A stretch of DNA of 64,000 nucleotides from Scyliorhinus canicula (lineage: Eukaryota): NCBI RefSeq assembly GCF_902713615.1, contig NC_052151.1, positions 182,879,242 to 182,943,241 of the forward strand. The letters run 5' to 3'. Both the position numbers and the translations under genes were made by a program. Positions 26,326 through 40,580 of the stretch are shown here, piece by piece. The first letter of the stretch is position 1. Every line of letters begins with the position of its first letter. A model generated the notes under the pieces. It saw only the letters and a list, made by a program, of their open reading frames with translations, ran no database searches and was not told the origin of the DNA.

Positions 26326-29300
26326 AGTGTAGAGACCTGGGTTAGTGACGGCTGGGTTTCTCCGTCTCGAGAAAATAAAGTTTGCCTTAAGAGGATCAAT
26401 GTTAGGGTTCACCTAGGGTGGCAGCCGTTCGTCGACTTTCTCGGGGAAAATTAAAATGTGATGGGGGTGGAAATGATTATTGTATCGGGTTTATGTCATT
26501 GTTATTATTATAAAAACTTGCAAATACCCTAATGAAAGTATTATTTTTTTAAATTTCCTTTTAGGAAAGAAAATCAAACAGAAGAATCAAACCTGGGAAC
26601 ATCGCAAGATCGACATTATCTTCATACCAAATCAAGTGAGGGTGTACACTAGAGAAGATCTGCAGTTCACGAACATCGGGAGCTAAAGCTGGTGCTAACA
26701 AACTAATCTTCAAAGATTGGACATAAAAATTTACTAAGGACTAAAACAAAGGGAGCTGGGACCACAGTACTGATTAGGAAGGACATTGTCATTTAAAATA
26801 TGACGTAGCTAGCCGAGTAGGCAGACAAGTGGCAGGTGGAATTTAATATAGAGAAGTGTGCAGTTATGCATTTTGGCAGGAGAAATGGGGACAGAAAATG
26901 TTGCTTTAAAGCATGTGCAGAGACAGAGGCACCTGAAGGTTCATGCACATAGATTTTTGAAGGTGGAGGAAAAAGTGTAGTTAGAAAAGTATATGGGACT
27001 ACAAAACTACTTCAATGGTTGTAAATTGATTTGGAAATCCTTAATTCAGGAAAACTGCTAGATAAATGCAAAGTTTGTGTTAATTAAGATTGACATTGCA
27101 TATAAAAGGAAACGGTATGAGAGAATACAACCATACAGAATGATTAAATCACTCACTTATTTTCACACCATTTCCAATTTATGAAACTAATTTAAAAGGT
27201 GTACTGAAATCGGGGGAGTCCTTTAACCTGCTTCCTTACAGCCTCCACTGCTCAGTGTTCAACCTCTACCGTTGGAACCTCAATCATGATCTCAGTGAAG
27301 AAATGCTTATCCCAAGACAACAGAGTGAAAGCAGCAGCCACTCTCGCTTTTGACTTCTTCCCTGGGTGCATCAAAGGAGAAAGGGAAATGATGCATCTTC
27401 TCTTCCTGAGAGTTAGAGTTGGGACTAAACCATAGCCTCTGAAGGTGTTACAGGGGAAGGTGGTGACAAAGGAGAGATTTAATGAAAGAGAATGAGACAG
27501 TAAGGTTGAGGTGATTCACTGATGCTGACATGAAGGAACCTGCACATAAGAGCGGAGTCAGCAAACAGCAGGAGAGGATAGAGCTGCACGGCTGGAGGAG
27601 GTGGACATTAAAACTCCCATTATTCAACTCTGGTATCCATGATAACCATTTTGTTTATAACATGGAATTGTTTGGATGGACAGTGAACACCTTCAACTAG
27701 TCTTGCCTCCCCTCTTTCAACTCTGCTAATGGACATCATCCAGTTATGTACCCTTTCTTACACTGCTGGATGAGTTCAGTAACACTGGCTGTTTCAGCAC
27801 ATTCTTCAATCCTTTTTCTTTCTTGACCGTTGGCCAACAGTCTTTTGAACCCATTTCCACTTGAATGACCTTTCCTGGCAATTTACCTGCAACAATTTTG
27901 TTCCAACAGTATAATCTAGCCATGCAGTATCTCCCTGGAGCCCTGTACTTGTAATTACTTTGCAAATCACACACTGCCTCAGTGAGAGGTAAAGGGGTTT
28001 CTCTAAATTGTAGAATCCACAAGATGTTTACCACTTGAAAATAGTGCTGGCTGATTTATTGAAAAAAAGTTAAGCTCAAAAGTCTGGCTTTAAAAACAAA
28101 GAGAGAGACTTAGCTACTCATTCAGTTTTCTGGTCAGTCTGTGGAGCTTGTCTCAGTAATTAATACCAAACATTTAATCCATATACACATGCCCAAAATA
28201 TATACACACATGCTATGCCTAAAGTTAAAGAATAAATAGAATGCCAAATGGTCCGACATAACTGAAACCCATAGACACTGAAATATAGAACTATTAAAAC
28301 TTATAGCTCAGGAGGCGGCTTTCTGGACTATTATGCTTGTGCAAACAATTTGAAAGAGTTATCCAATTAGTCGACCACACTGCACTTTTCCTGTCACCCT
28401 ACAATTTCCTCTTCTTTAAGCACATATCCAATTACGGGTTGCAGAGTCAGTGGCAAGGCCAGCATTTATTGCAAATCCCTAATTGTCCTTAACCGTGTAG
28501 CTTGTTAAGCCTTTTCAGAGGTCAATTAAGAGTCGACCACAAGGTCAGACCAGTAAAAAGGCAGCAAATTTCTTTCCCTTTAGGGCATTAGTGAGCCACA
28601 TGGGTTTTTAAATGACAATCCAATCGTTATGTGGTCACAATTAAGGATACCAGCTTTTTATTCCAGATTTATTAATGGAATTTAAATTCCCCAGCTACTA
28701 TGATGGGATTTGAATGAACGTCTCAAGATTGTTTGTTCAGGTCTCTCTGGGTTACTAGTCCAATAACAACCACAATACTACCATCCCTTTTTGAAATTTA
28801 CCATTGAATCTGCTTCCATCACCCTTTCAGGCAGTGCATTCCAGTTCGTGACATGCTATGCAAAAGTGATTATTTTCACCTTAAATCTGGGTCCTCTAGT
28901 TACTGATCCTTTGTCACTGGAGTCAATTTCTCCTCATTTATTGAATAAAAACCCTTTTTGAATGTCCGTATTGAATCTCCACAAACAGGCGATTCACACC
29001 AGCCACCACAGGACCTTCAAGACCAAAGCAGCAACAGCCATCTGGTTTTCTCACAACCACTCATCCTCACAATACTTGAACTATGAGGGTTAATTCGTCA
29101 ATCCAATATGCCTGGCACAGCACCACAGGCAAAGGAATTGCGGATGGGAGAAAATTAGCACCAACACCACACCACCATCATTCATTCACCTTGGGTGTGA
29201 CGTCACTCCTTTTGAGCACGACATTGGCAAGTTGACCAACGGGAGTCATCCCTTAACCATGGAGCACTTGGTTTACAATCTGTTCACAAGGCAGCTGAAA

Positions 29301-29392
29301 TTTCTAGGAAAATATATGTGTACATATTCTTTATTAAACCAAATGGTTGCCATCTAATAAAGCCATGGTTTTGTTGAGCAGAGGAAACCCAC

Positions 29393-29488
29393 CTGACTGG
29401 ATCCGTGCACTAGGGCACGGCGGGCCTGAGTTGTCTCTACACACCTCCCTCTCGGGCTTGGAAAACCTCGCACATGCTAGCATCTGCT
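29393..29488 (-). CDS. SPAST: Spastin exon 4 (divergent 96-nt cassette exon)
   Basis: (E)QMLACARFSKPEREVCRDNSGPPCPSARIQS aligns without gaps to human [32 protein letters not shown] (recalled). Long U-rich tract plus tag| acceptor, |gtggg donor, phase 1-1. Confidence 0.88.
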
Positions 29489-32400
29489 CTATACAACACA
29501 ATAAGTGGGCACAAACAACAACAAAAAAGAAAATAAGTACAGACAGAGCAAACAAGTTAAATAGATTGTGTTATAGAATTTTGAACTGCATGGATAATGT
29601 GCCAAATTAAAGTGCAAATTTGGATGCGTGCTTTCACACCATTCTGGTCAATGAACCTGCATTTCCTTTTGAAGAACACCATTCATCCAGATTTAGGGAA
29701 AAGGTGTTGAAGAGCTTTGGAACAAGTCAAGGTAAGAAAATCAGAGGATGTCACATCATTTCCAACCCATTATTATATATCCTGACAGTCAATTCCACGT
29801 GGGTTCACTAAATCACACTGAAGAAAATGGTTTTTTAAACCCAGTTCCAGGGCTAATTAAATGCTGAAAGTTTATCACCATCGCCTCTCAAGGTTTGTGT
29901 AAAAACACCTTTATTTAATTTGAGGTAAACTGGTCCCATCCATCCCTGGGTTGACTTCGCTCATTCCCAACTCCATCTTCTACAATTCTAAACACATTGG
30001 TCATTGGTTGGGATTTAATTATTTAATTGTCGTGAGGTCCTAAACCTGAACTCCCTTCCCCAATAGGATGGTACCTTCAGCACTTGGACTGCAGCTGCTC
30101 AAGATGGCCCACTGCCCCGTTCTCAGGGATAATAAATACTGCCCTCGCAAGCGTCACCCACATCCCAGGAATGGTCTCTTGGATCGAGTAGGAAATAATA
30201 GCACTTACAGGGGTCAAAACTTAATGTACGTGGAGAAATAGCTGTTCACCACTTTGCCTTTAAGGCAGCGTAGAAAAATATGGAATGAAAAGTTCTGCAT
30301 GTATCCAGCAGTTCAGGAAATGGCTGAAAGTATTTTTTTTCTTTTTGAGGACCTTACTTCAGAAATCCAAATCAGAACTAATGTCCGGAAACAAAATTGG
30401 ATGCTGCTTTTCTGTAAACACAGCAATTATTCAACACCCTTGCAGTTCTGTATACTCACTACAATCAATTTTTTTTTTAAACGCTTACGATTGGATTTTT
30501 TTTTTTAAAATGTAAAAGCAACACAAGCTGCAGGTTTAGCTTTGTTGCATGCTTCAATGCTTGAGCTTATTACCACTTTAACCACCTTTCATCTTCATGT
30601 AGTGTAGTGATCTGGCACTGGATCTGCAAGTTTAATTGCAGATAATGGATAAATGAAGCAGCCCGAGGAAATGGCTATTTTTCAAAGCACTGCACCGGGG
30701 CCTATATATCAAGAGTTATTACTCAACTGGAGTGCAGTTTTGACATACTGACCTAAATGTATGTTTCCTTGTGTCTCATTAAACAGGGATGGGATATTAA
30801 AGAGCTTTACTTTATTTAATTTTTTAATACTTTAATGCAAATTTCTCATCCTCTTCTGAATTTAGCCATCCTTGTCTGAAATTTCCTGAAGCATTTCACT
30901 AGTTTACCCCCATCACAAGCTCTCCTTTAACAAACCAAGAAAACAAAGGTGGAGAACTTTAAGGCTGCTTAGACACTTTCAATTTAGCCAATTTTGTTAA
31001 ATTGTTACGGGTATAGGGTGGATACGTGGGTTTGAGTAGGGTGATCATTGCTCGGCACAACATCGAGGGCCGAAGGGCCTGTTCTGTGATGTACTGTTCT
31101 ATGTTCTATAACAAAAGCACTTGTAATTTTATTTTAAAAGTCTATCAGAAACAGGTTCTACAACACCACTTTGCCTGTACCAGGCAAGTCAATAAGGTAA
31201 AAGATTTGGAGACAACAATATTAGCAGTGCTGCAAGGAAAGAGGCCAATGTTTCCACAATTGGGCAGCATGGTAGCATAGTGGTTAGCACAATTGCATCA
31301 CAGCTCCAGCGTCCCAGGTTCGATTCCCGGCTTGGGTCACAGTGTGTGGAGTCTGCACGTTCTCCCAGTGTGTGTGTGCAGGTTTCCTCCGGGTGCTCCG
31401 GTTTCCTCCCACAGTCCAAAGATGTGCAAGTTAGGTGGATTGGCCATGCTAAATTGCCCTTAGTGTCCAAAATAGCCCTTCGTGTTGGGTGGGTTTACTG
31501 GGTTATGGGGATAGGGTGGAGGTATGGGCTTGGATAGGGTGCTCTTTCCAAGAGCCGGTGCAGACTCGATGGGCCGAATGGTGTCCTTCTGCACTGTAAA
31601 TTCTATGAATTGACAACTTGTGATAAAGACCCAAACCTGGAATACTTGGGAGTTTTGCCATTCTACTGCCTTGCAAGATTTTCCCAACCTTGACTGCAGA
31701 GCACTTTGGGATATCCCGAAGCCAGAAAAGGCTCTACATAAACGTAGGACACAATACATGCCAAACCACTTTAGCGCCAACCAAGTGCTTCTGAAGTGGA
31801 GTCACAGTTGAGAGCACGCCAAGCTCTCACTATCATATTGCTGTTATGACCAGATGTTTTAGTGATGTTGATTGAGTGATCAATACTGGCTGGTACCCAA
31901 GTACACAAAACATCAGTATAAACAAACTTAAATTAATGACCATCAACTGACACCCCACCTTTATAAATAGACGTTCAGCACCTAGATACCTTAGTTAGCC
32001 AGCAATAAATGTGTTGGTCATCCAAAAACACATCAGTTTCCACGTGCATGCTGATGATCCCTAGTTTTAGTTCACTAGATCGTTCGATCCGCTGCTGTTT
32101 CTAAACTAATTAAACGTTCGGAAGACTGAAGCCGTTGTTTGCAGATCCCACAACTCCACGTCTCATCACTGACTCCAATCCTTCTCCCTAACTGGGAAAG
32201 GCTGAACTAAATGTTTGCAAGCTGGATGTCATATTGGACACCGGGACATCACACGTTGATGTCGTCATCAAGGACCAATATTTCCACCTCTGTTATCGGC
32301 CAATTCTGCCCGCCTCACCTCATTTGCCACTGAGGCCTTCATCCATGCCATGTTACCTCCAGGTTTGCTTCTTTTACTGTACTCATGGCCAGTCTCCCAA

Positions 32401-34184
32401 ATTCTACTCTCCGTAAACTGAAGGTCATCGTGTTGCCCTACTCGCACCATTCATCCATCACCCCTATGTTTGCTGACCTACTCTGGCTCCTGAATAAGCA
32501 ATGCAGCAATTTTTGAATTCTCCTAGTTTTCAAATCCTTCTCTGGGTTGACTCCTTCCTATTTTGTAATGTCCTGTCATATAGCCATCCCATAGCTCTAC
32601 AATCCCTCCATTCTGATCGTCTTGAGTATCCCTCATTTCCACATCTCCAACATTGATGCCTTCAGAATTCCCTCTCCAAGCTCTCCATCTCTACTTTGCT
32701 TTCCTCCTTTAAGATGGACCTTGAAGTCCATTTCTTTGGTGAAGCAATTGGCCATCTGCCCAAATATTTTCTCATGTGACTCTGTCATATTTTGCTTATT
32801 TTTTAAAAAAGTTTTTTCAATATAAACAGAATATTTTGAAAATATTGAAAATTTGGGAGGTTGTGATATTATTAAAATCAGAAACAGACTTTCTGCAGAA
32901 TATACCCCATGGGAGCATAACCTGCAAATATTAAGTCAGAAAGGTAAACAGTCTAGGAATGAACAAGGAAAGTGTGGGGTTGGGATGGGGAGCGAGATGT
33001 AAAAAATTGCTTGGCAAGGATTTCATTCTCCAGAGGGGGCAAAGTACTGAAGAATAAAGGTGCAATATAATTGTTACAGTTAAAATGATTTAAGAAGTTG
33101 ACAGATAGACAAGGCAAAAATTATTTCCTCTGGTGAGAAAGCCCAGAAAAAGGAGGATATATAGCCTTAAATGTAGCTCCAGGCCATTTAGGATATCAGG
33201 AAGCATTTTGTCATACAAGGAAATCTCTCCCCCTGCTCACCCAACCCCCTTCCAAAAAAGTGGATCAATTAAGAATTTCAAAATTGAGATAGACAGACTT
33301 TTCGCAGACAAAAGGTTTAAAGGTTACAGAAGCGAGGCGAGGGGATGGATTTACAATTCAGAAGAGGCGTGGTCCACTATAATGGTGGAACAGGCTCGAC
33401 AGGCATACATTCCCAACAAAAAGGTTGGTTTCAGTCTTGAAAGCACCAGTTGCCATTATAGTTTGCTACACAGTCGATGCTGCAGATCGCTGACATCGCC
33501 AAGACAAATAAATTAGTTCTACAGTACAACAAATCTCTCCAGCTCCGAGACTTAAAATCGCACAAAAGATTAATCTACTACTTTTGCACCAGGTTTTGTG
33601 TACTGTGGCGACTAGGGGCTTTTCACAGTAACTTCATTGAAGCCTACTCGTGACAAGCGATTTTCATTTTCATTTTCACATGCTAATTCAGTTTCTCTTC
33701 CTCCTGAAGTTACTTTCAAAGCTCCCTTTAGCAAATAACTTCCTTGTATCATTTTTACTCTTGCTTCAGACAACTGTTGATTTAAAGATCATGATGTGAT
33801 TAACAAATAATGCAAAGAACCAAAAAGGTTGAAAATATGATCATCAGGAAGCTTCTCCCACTTCCCCTTACTGCTGGTCACAGCTTGTTGTACGGAAGAT
33901 TAGAAAACTGACAAGAGATGAGCGAGACAGGAGTCAACTGTTCTTGCTCATTTATTTTTAAATTTCACATCCATTTCAGGATGCGAGCTGTGGGGGTACC
34001 CTGGAGGGTTTTATATGTTGCATATCTTGGAGTTAGGGTCAATTGTATCCTTGAAACCAGAAGCAACAGGCCTGCCAAGATAAACAGAATGGCTCAAGTA
34101 TCACGAGAAGAAAATATGGCTTGACCTTTTCTTTAAATGCGTTATCCACAATAATTGTTTGTGGAAAGAATAAGAAAGAGTAAA

Positions 34185-34406
34185 TTTTTTAATTTTTAAA
34201 AAAAATTAGAGAGCCCAATTATTTTTTTCCAGCTCTGGGCAATTTAGAGTGGCCAATCCACCTACCTGCACATCTTTTGGTTTGTGGGGTGAAACCCATT
34301 CAGAGAGAATGTGCAAACGCCACACGGATAGTGACCTGGGGCCAGGATCAAACCTGTGACCTCAGCGTCATGAGGCAGCACTGCTAACCACTGCACCGTG
34401 CCACCC
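34185..34406 (-). mobile_element. A-tailed V-SINE
   Basis: Same family as 1018-1256; AATAAGAAA flanks both sides. Further copies at 39131-39365(+), 50610-50830(+), 51878-52092(-) and 61299-61517(+). Confidence 0.85.
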
Positions 34407-35197
34407 AATAAGAAACATTAATGAAGTTAGCTACGAATAATTATGGTGAAATTATGGGCACTAATTTAATAAACTTAGGCAGAGCAATCTATTCACTGTA
34501 ATATAGAAAGATAATGTCTAAGAAAACCAACTTTTCAAAAGATTCAAGAACAGTCAAGTCAGAAGGGGTAGTCTGAGGGAAGTAGCTTTTGTGCAAACAA
34601 CTATTTATGCAAGTAGACTGCTTGAGGGATTCACGAACAGAAATGCCAATGTGGTCCTGTCTGAGACATGTACCTGCAACGTAGGCAACATATGGTGTAT
34701 AAAAGGAGCATGGTTTTCAACTCGCCCCGAGGGCACGATAGATAGAACTAGAAACTGAAAATCATTCTTTGGGTACAGGACAAGTCAATTACCTAAGCTG
34801 TGTTGCATATGAATAGTCTGTTCTATATACTCAATCATAAAATGCTTGCTTGAAGCACGTCATTGTGAACCAAAGAAGAAAATAAGCAGACTAACAGCTG
34901 AACATTAGCAAGAGTGTGTTGCAGGGCCACTTAGGTGTGTGACTAAGAGCTAACCACTTTGGTCTGGGACTAGAATCACAAAACGGACAAGTGGATATAC
35001 TTTTATGAAAGGAAATAGTTTCTTGTCATTTACCCCAACAGATCCTTTAATCTTCTCCCTCATACACCTCTTGATATTCACTGGTACACAAGTCTAGTGT
35101 ATTCAACCTAACCTCAATTAAAGTAATGTATAAAAAGAATTATATTTATAAACTTCCAGTCACTGACAGATAAATCATTATTTTGCACAGTACACAC

Positions 35198-35281
35198 CCA
35201 GCAACTCCAGACGATCCTTGGCCATAATCAAGTTGGTTGTCATCTTGCTCTGTAGGCGTCTGGCTCGTTCAATCTGCTCAC
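35198..35281 (-). CDS. SPAST: Spastin exon 3 (MIT)
   Basis: 84 nt, (G)[27 protein letters not shown]; ttccag| acceptor and |gtgtgt donor. Confidence 0.96.
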
Positions 35282-38200
35282 CTGGAAGGCAGGAGACTTA
35301 TCAGTGGATATTTAAAGATTTTTAAAAACGTTACAAACTACTGTTATGTAGCACTCAGTTACTGCCAGTAAGCAACAAACGCAGAATGTATGCAGGCTGC
35401 TCAACTACCACGTTATCTGCAAATTTAGGCAATTAGGAAACAATATTTGTAACTGACTAAGAGGGATAGCTCTGAAAGGACATTGTAGCAATTAAGAAAA
35501 ACTGCTCAATACCAGCTACCATTGCAGCCCACTCAATGTACTCTTTACATTATTTTTATTGCCTTCCTAGAACGGGGTGGGGGGAGGAGGAGGAAACACC
35601 ACATATTACTCCAACTGCAGCCTAATTAAAATTGTGTATTAATTCAAAATTTCCTCATTATGTTTGCATATCACTACTAAGGACACAAAATTAAAATTTT
35701 CTTTACCTCACTTTGCTCCTTAGTTCAAAGAATTCTATAAAGGTTAGTCAAGTGTGAACTTATGCCGTAGAAACCCGTGAAAACCAACATTGATCAGTTT
35801 CCATCTCTCCAAAGTTTTAGTAATTTAATCTTGTATCATGTCAAGCAGTTAATCAATATCTTACGAAAGACCAAGGCACATATTCTTATCTAATTCTTAC
35901 TTATTTTGAAGAGTGACATCTGTTACTTTCTAGTCTTCTGGCACAATTTGCTTTTCTGTATAATTTTGGAAAATTAACAAAGCCTCCCATTATTTCTACA
36001 ATCAGAATTCCCCGGACATAAAACCATTAGGCGACGGTTTATGCTGGCTGTAGGTGGGAGGCAAATTAATAGGGTTTACTAACAATGATTTATTAGGACA
36101 ATCAATAATTAGTCTATTAAAAGGGTTGTAGGCCATGTCTGCTTGGGTTTCACCCCCAAAACCCAAAGATGTGCAGGTTAGGTGGATTGGCCACGCTAAA
36201 TTTGAAAAAGACCCAAAAATAATTGGATATTCTAAATTTATTTTAAAAAGGGGGCCGTAGGGACTTTTGGAACTTGTATAGTGCAGTATAATAGATTAAA
36301 ACAGTAGAGAATAATTCCACAAAATGGTCAATCTGATGTGGCAAAAAGGACATAAACGATGCCAGCTGAATGCACAAGCCAGGATAATGGGTCAACAAAT
36401 ATGTTTTCAGTCGAACTGGTTCTTAGTGACCAGTGATGGTTTCTAGACACCATCTGTGAAAAATCAGGATAAGTGCCAACAACGTGTTTCTGGTTTAACA
36501 GTTCTAACAAGTAAAGAGATCGGAGTAAGAGCCATAGAAAGATCAGGGTAGCTAATACTCACTCTGCCTGGATGCGCATCTGCAACTTGTTTAATGTAAA
36601 GTTTTTAACCAGACAATGCTCAAATGTGAGCAATGTATTTGCCTACGTGACCTGCAATATATAAATGTTACTCAATTTCTTAGTTGGGGAGAGTAAGCTC
36701 CAGAGGTCCTTCTCGGAGGTTGTGCTCTCCCAATGCGTTGGCTAATAAACAATCATTCTGTACCTGAGCCTCTTGTAATTATTTCTTGTAATAGAAAAAC
36801 ACTACAACACTGACCTTAAAGTTTGAGTAGCCTCTATTTCTCTATGCACTTCCTCCAGCTGGTTAACATCCACCTCTTGAATATACAGAACCTATTTAAA
36901 AACAGTATGTACAGCATCTATTCCTCCACCACAAGCTTGCGCCCTTCATCTCTGAGCCACCCTATCCTGACTATTACTTTACAACTAATATCCATTAGTT
37001 CCATTCAGTTCATAAGATAAGCATTCTTCGTTTATAGTCAACCTATATTTATTATCTGCCTCGCAAGCACTTTAATTGAAATGATTAACATGGAGTTAGA
37101 ACACAAGAAATAGGACAATCAAGCTTCTCTGCCACAGTGCGTAATCCTTTGACTTGAGCATATTTATTGAGTGAGCATCCAAAGCTCTAGGGATTCACAA
37201 ACCCTTGAGTGAAGAACTTTCTCAGATCAGTACTTATCACTTATTCTATGACTCTGATCCCTAATTTTGAACTCGCACAAGGGAAACACCCTCTCAGTCA
37301 ACCTAATCCTTTAGGAATGTTATGTTTCAAAAAGATCACCTCTCAGTCTTCTAAACCCCAGTGAATTTAGGCTCATACATAATGTTCGCTTTCTCCAAAA
37401 CAGTTCGATTGCTCAGTAAACAACCCGACTCCATAACATGGTATGTTGCAATGTTTGTTGGATAGAATAACAGGGAGAACTGAAGATAAACCCCAATGGG
37501 AGAATGCTCGGGGAAAAGGTAACAACATTTTCAAATAAAAACAACTGGGACTCTATTCCAAACTGCGGGCAAATTCTTGGGTTTAGATAGCTAAACAGAA
37601 AGTTATGTGACTCACAAAACGATAGGCTGGCCTCACATTATTTATTCTTTGGTGAAACATTTTCCACGTTATAGTGCCTAATTCATGTTAGGTGGTCATT
37701 TTGCCCAATGTCCATCTACAAGCTTGACTATGATCTCATTCACCATGTTTCCCAATCGTTGGTCTCCAACTAATCTCAAATTTCAGGAACATCTTTTTTT
37801 GCTGGGCAATCAGTCCATTGCACCAAACACTTAATTTTGCTAAGGTGAAGTTATGGAATGCTCGAGGGTAAACTGCTTTTAGGTGCTATCCCCTAGCATT
37901 TACATTTCCACAACCTTTTGCGATAATTGAATGTACTGCCCAAATTAAGCTGTTATCTGGGTTGAACTCTTGCGGATGCTCCAGGCTCATCAGTTCCTGC
38001 ATTTAAGTTAAATTAATCTTCTGCCATTCAATATCTTCAAGTTAACTATGGAAGAAATTGATTAGCTGCTGCTCGTAAGCAAAGAAAACTCTTGCCATTT
38101 GCTGCAACTGCCTTGGATCCTAGACCCCAATCTCATCATTCCTGCTTCTCTGCTCTGTTTAACCCAGTCTCTCTCCGTCGAACTTATTAATGGGAGAAAT

Positions 38201-40094
38201 TTGGTGAGTTTGAAATTTGATCAGTGTAGAAGTTCACAAAGTCAGAACACGAGTTGTGAGTAACCACAGTTCCAATGCAAAAACCTCTCAATTAGCCTAA
38301 TGAGTGTATGCTGAAGAGGGCTTATTATAACTAATATACTATCGGCAAAAAATTGAGGGGTTAAGCTATCTTTCAATAATCCGACTGGTGCCTAGAATCT
38401 CTCCAGATTCTGTTGCGGTCTCTCCAAAAGCCCTTTCTCGGAGGGGGCAAACAGACACAAATCAACACGGAGCCAACAGGATAACATTAGAACAGGAAGA
38501 AGTAGGACTACAGAGGGATGTCGGGCTAAGACATCATAGTGATGCGTGGGGTAGGGGGGCTGAGGCCGTGGAGAGATTTGAAAGGAGAATGAGAACTTTT
38601 AAATCAAAACATTGCTGGATCAATACTCAATGTAGGTCAGCAAGCACAGGGGTTCTGGGTGAACAAGATTCGGTGAAAGTAAGGATACAGATAGGAGAGC
38701 TTCAGATAATTTCACGTTTGTGGAAGGTCAGCCATGGGAGTATTTTAATAGTCTCAAGGTGACAAAGGCATGGATGAGGTTTTTAAACCGTCAATAAATG
38801 AGCTGAGGCAAAGGCGCGCATGTTACTGAGGTCGAAGTAAACCAGCCTAGTGAGGAATAAAGTTAAAAGCTCAGCTCAAGATTAAGCGGGATGACAATGT
38901 TATGAACCATCTGTTTCCACCCGAGGCATTGGGCAGTGGAAAAGTGGAATAAGTGGCGAGAGAGTAGAATTTTTGGTGAGGCTGAAGACAATGCCATTTA
39001 TTTGTCTTCCCAATATTCAGTTGGAAGAAATATCTGCTCACTCAGGATTGGATGTCAGGCAAGCAACATAACAGATCAGAGACAATGCACGGGTCGAAAG
39101 TTGGGTGTTATCAGCATGCATGTTGAACCGAGGACAGCACGGTGGCACAGTGGTTAGCACTGCTACCTCACGGCGCTGAGGTCCCAGGTTCAATCCCGAC
39201 TCTGGGTCACTGTCCGTGTGGAGTTTGCACATTCTCCCCGGGTTTGAGTGGGTTTCGTACCTACAACCCAAAAATGTGCTGGGTAGGTGGATTGGCCACA
39301 TTAAATTGCTCCTTAATTGGAAAAAAAGTGAATTGGGTACTCTAAATATTAAAAAAAGAAAACAAAATGCATATTGAACCAGATTTTTTTTGGATGAGGT
39401 TGCTGAGGCAGGGAACAGAAGATCAATAGGAGGGGGTTGTGGAAGATCCTGGAAAGACTTGGTGCTGGAATAGAAAAGAATGACAGCAATTACATCTCAA
39501 AAATGCTTCATAGGCTACCGAGTATCCTAACATTGTGACAGGCACTATATAAATACAAGTTATTTCCTTCTTTCTGCTTGACAATTCCTTCAGGACAAAT
39601 ATTTCATGACGTATTCAATGAAAACAGCTATTCCTCTTGAAACAAACTCTAAAAACATAAACACTATGTTTTCTTTGTATTCTTGCCTTTGAAGTCCAAG
39701 CAGGCAAAGATAAGAGTTTGTGAGAAGTCTATTTTAGGCAGAACTTACAATTTGAAGCATTTTGTCATGACTGCAGTCCTTTGTGATTAGTATATATCAT
39801 GGAACCATTTTTACTCCAAAAGCAAGCGAAATCTGGAATTCTTTCCCCCTAAACTAATGACAGGTCAATTAAAGCTTTCATTTCGGAGCATGATAAGACT
39901 TCAATTAAATGTGCGCATTGAGAGACATGGATTTAAGCAGAACAGAGGTACAGATGAGTGATGGCCTGATTGAATAGAGTGGTATAGGCCCGAGGGGTTG
40001 AATGACCTATTTCAGTTATTGCGTTCCCATATCCACAGCAGTGAATAACTACATCCAAGGGGTGACTGCTCTGGAATGTATCTTTTCAAAGAAG

Positions 40095-40580
40095 AAAAAT
40101 ACAGCACACAAACAGGCCCTTCAGCCCTCCAAGCCTACGCCGAACCATGCTGCCCGTCTAAACTAAAATCTCCTACACTCCCGGGGTCTGTATCCCTCTA
40201 ATCCCATCCTATTCATGTATTTGTCAAGATGTCCCTTAAATGTCACTATCATTCCTGCTTCCACCACCTCCTCCGTCAGCAAGTTCCAGGCACCCACTAA
40301 CCCTCTGTGTAAAAAATTTGCTTTGTCGATCTCCTCTAAACCTTGGCCATCACACCTACACCTATGCCCCTTAGAAATTGACCCCTCTACCCTGGGAAAA
40401 AGTCTCTGACTATCCACTCTGTCTGTGCCCCTGATAATTTTGTAGACCTCTATCAGGTCACCCCTCAACCTCCTTTGTTCCAGTGAGAACAAACCAAGTT
40501 TATTCAACCTCTCCTCATAGCTAATGCCCTCCATAACAGGCAACATCCTGGTAAATCTCTCTGCACCCTCTCTAAAGCTA
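40095..40580 (-). mobile_element. CR1-type LINE 3' fragment
   Basis: ISYEERLNKLGLFSLEQRRLRGDLIEVYKI...GAWNLL plus 3' tail. Confidence 0.88.

Larger units (their letters stand above)
21558..26550 (+). mobile_element. Near full-length, dead L1-clade LINE (ORF1 + ORF2), antisense to SPAST intron 4
   Basis: ORF1 ENRSRRQNLRIVSLPEG, RIYQDLSVDLAKRR. ORF2 endonuclease (DHAPH), KAPGPD, DAEKAFD, C-terminal Cys/His region (HMFWACPKL-like). Candidate TSD ATTTCC(A)TTTTAGG at both ends. Frameshifts and internal deletions. Confidence 0.92.

Noticed and set aside
27744-28034. 96-aa minus-strand ORF with a possible acceptor near 27887 as candidate exon 4
   Set aside because: No similarity to spastin and a weak polypyrimidine tract; 29393-29488 fits length, phase and residues.
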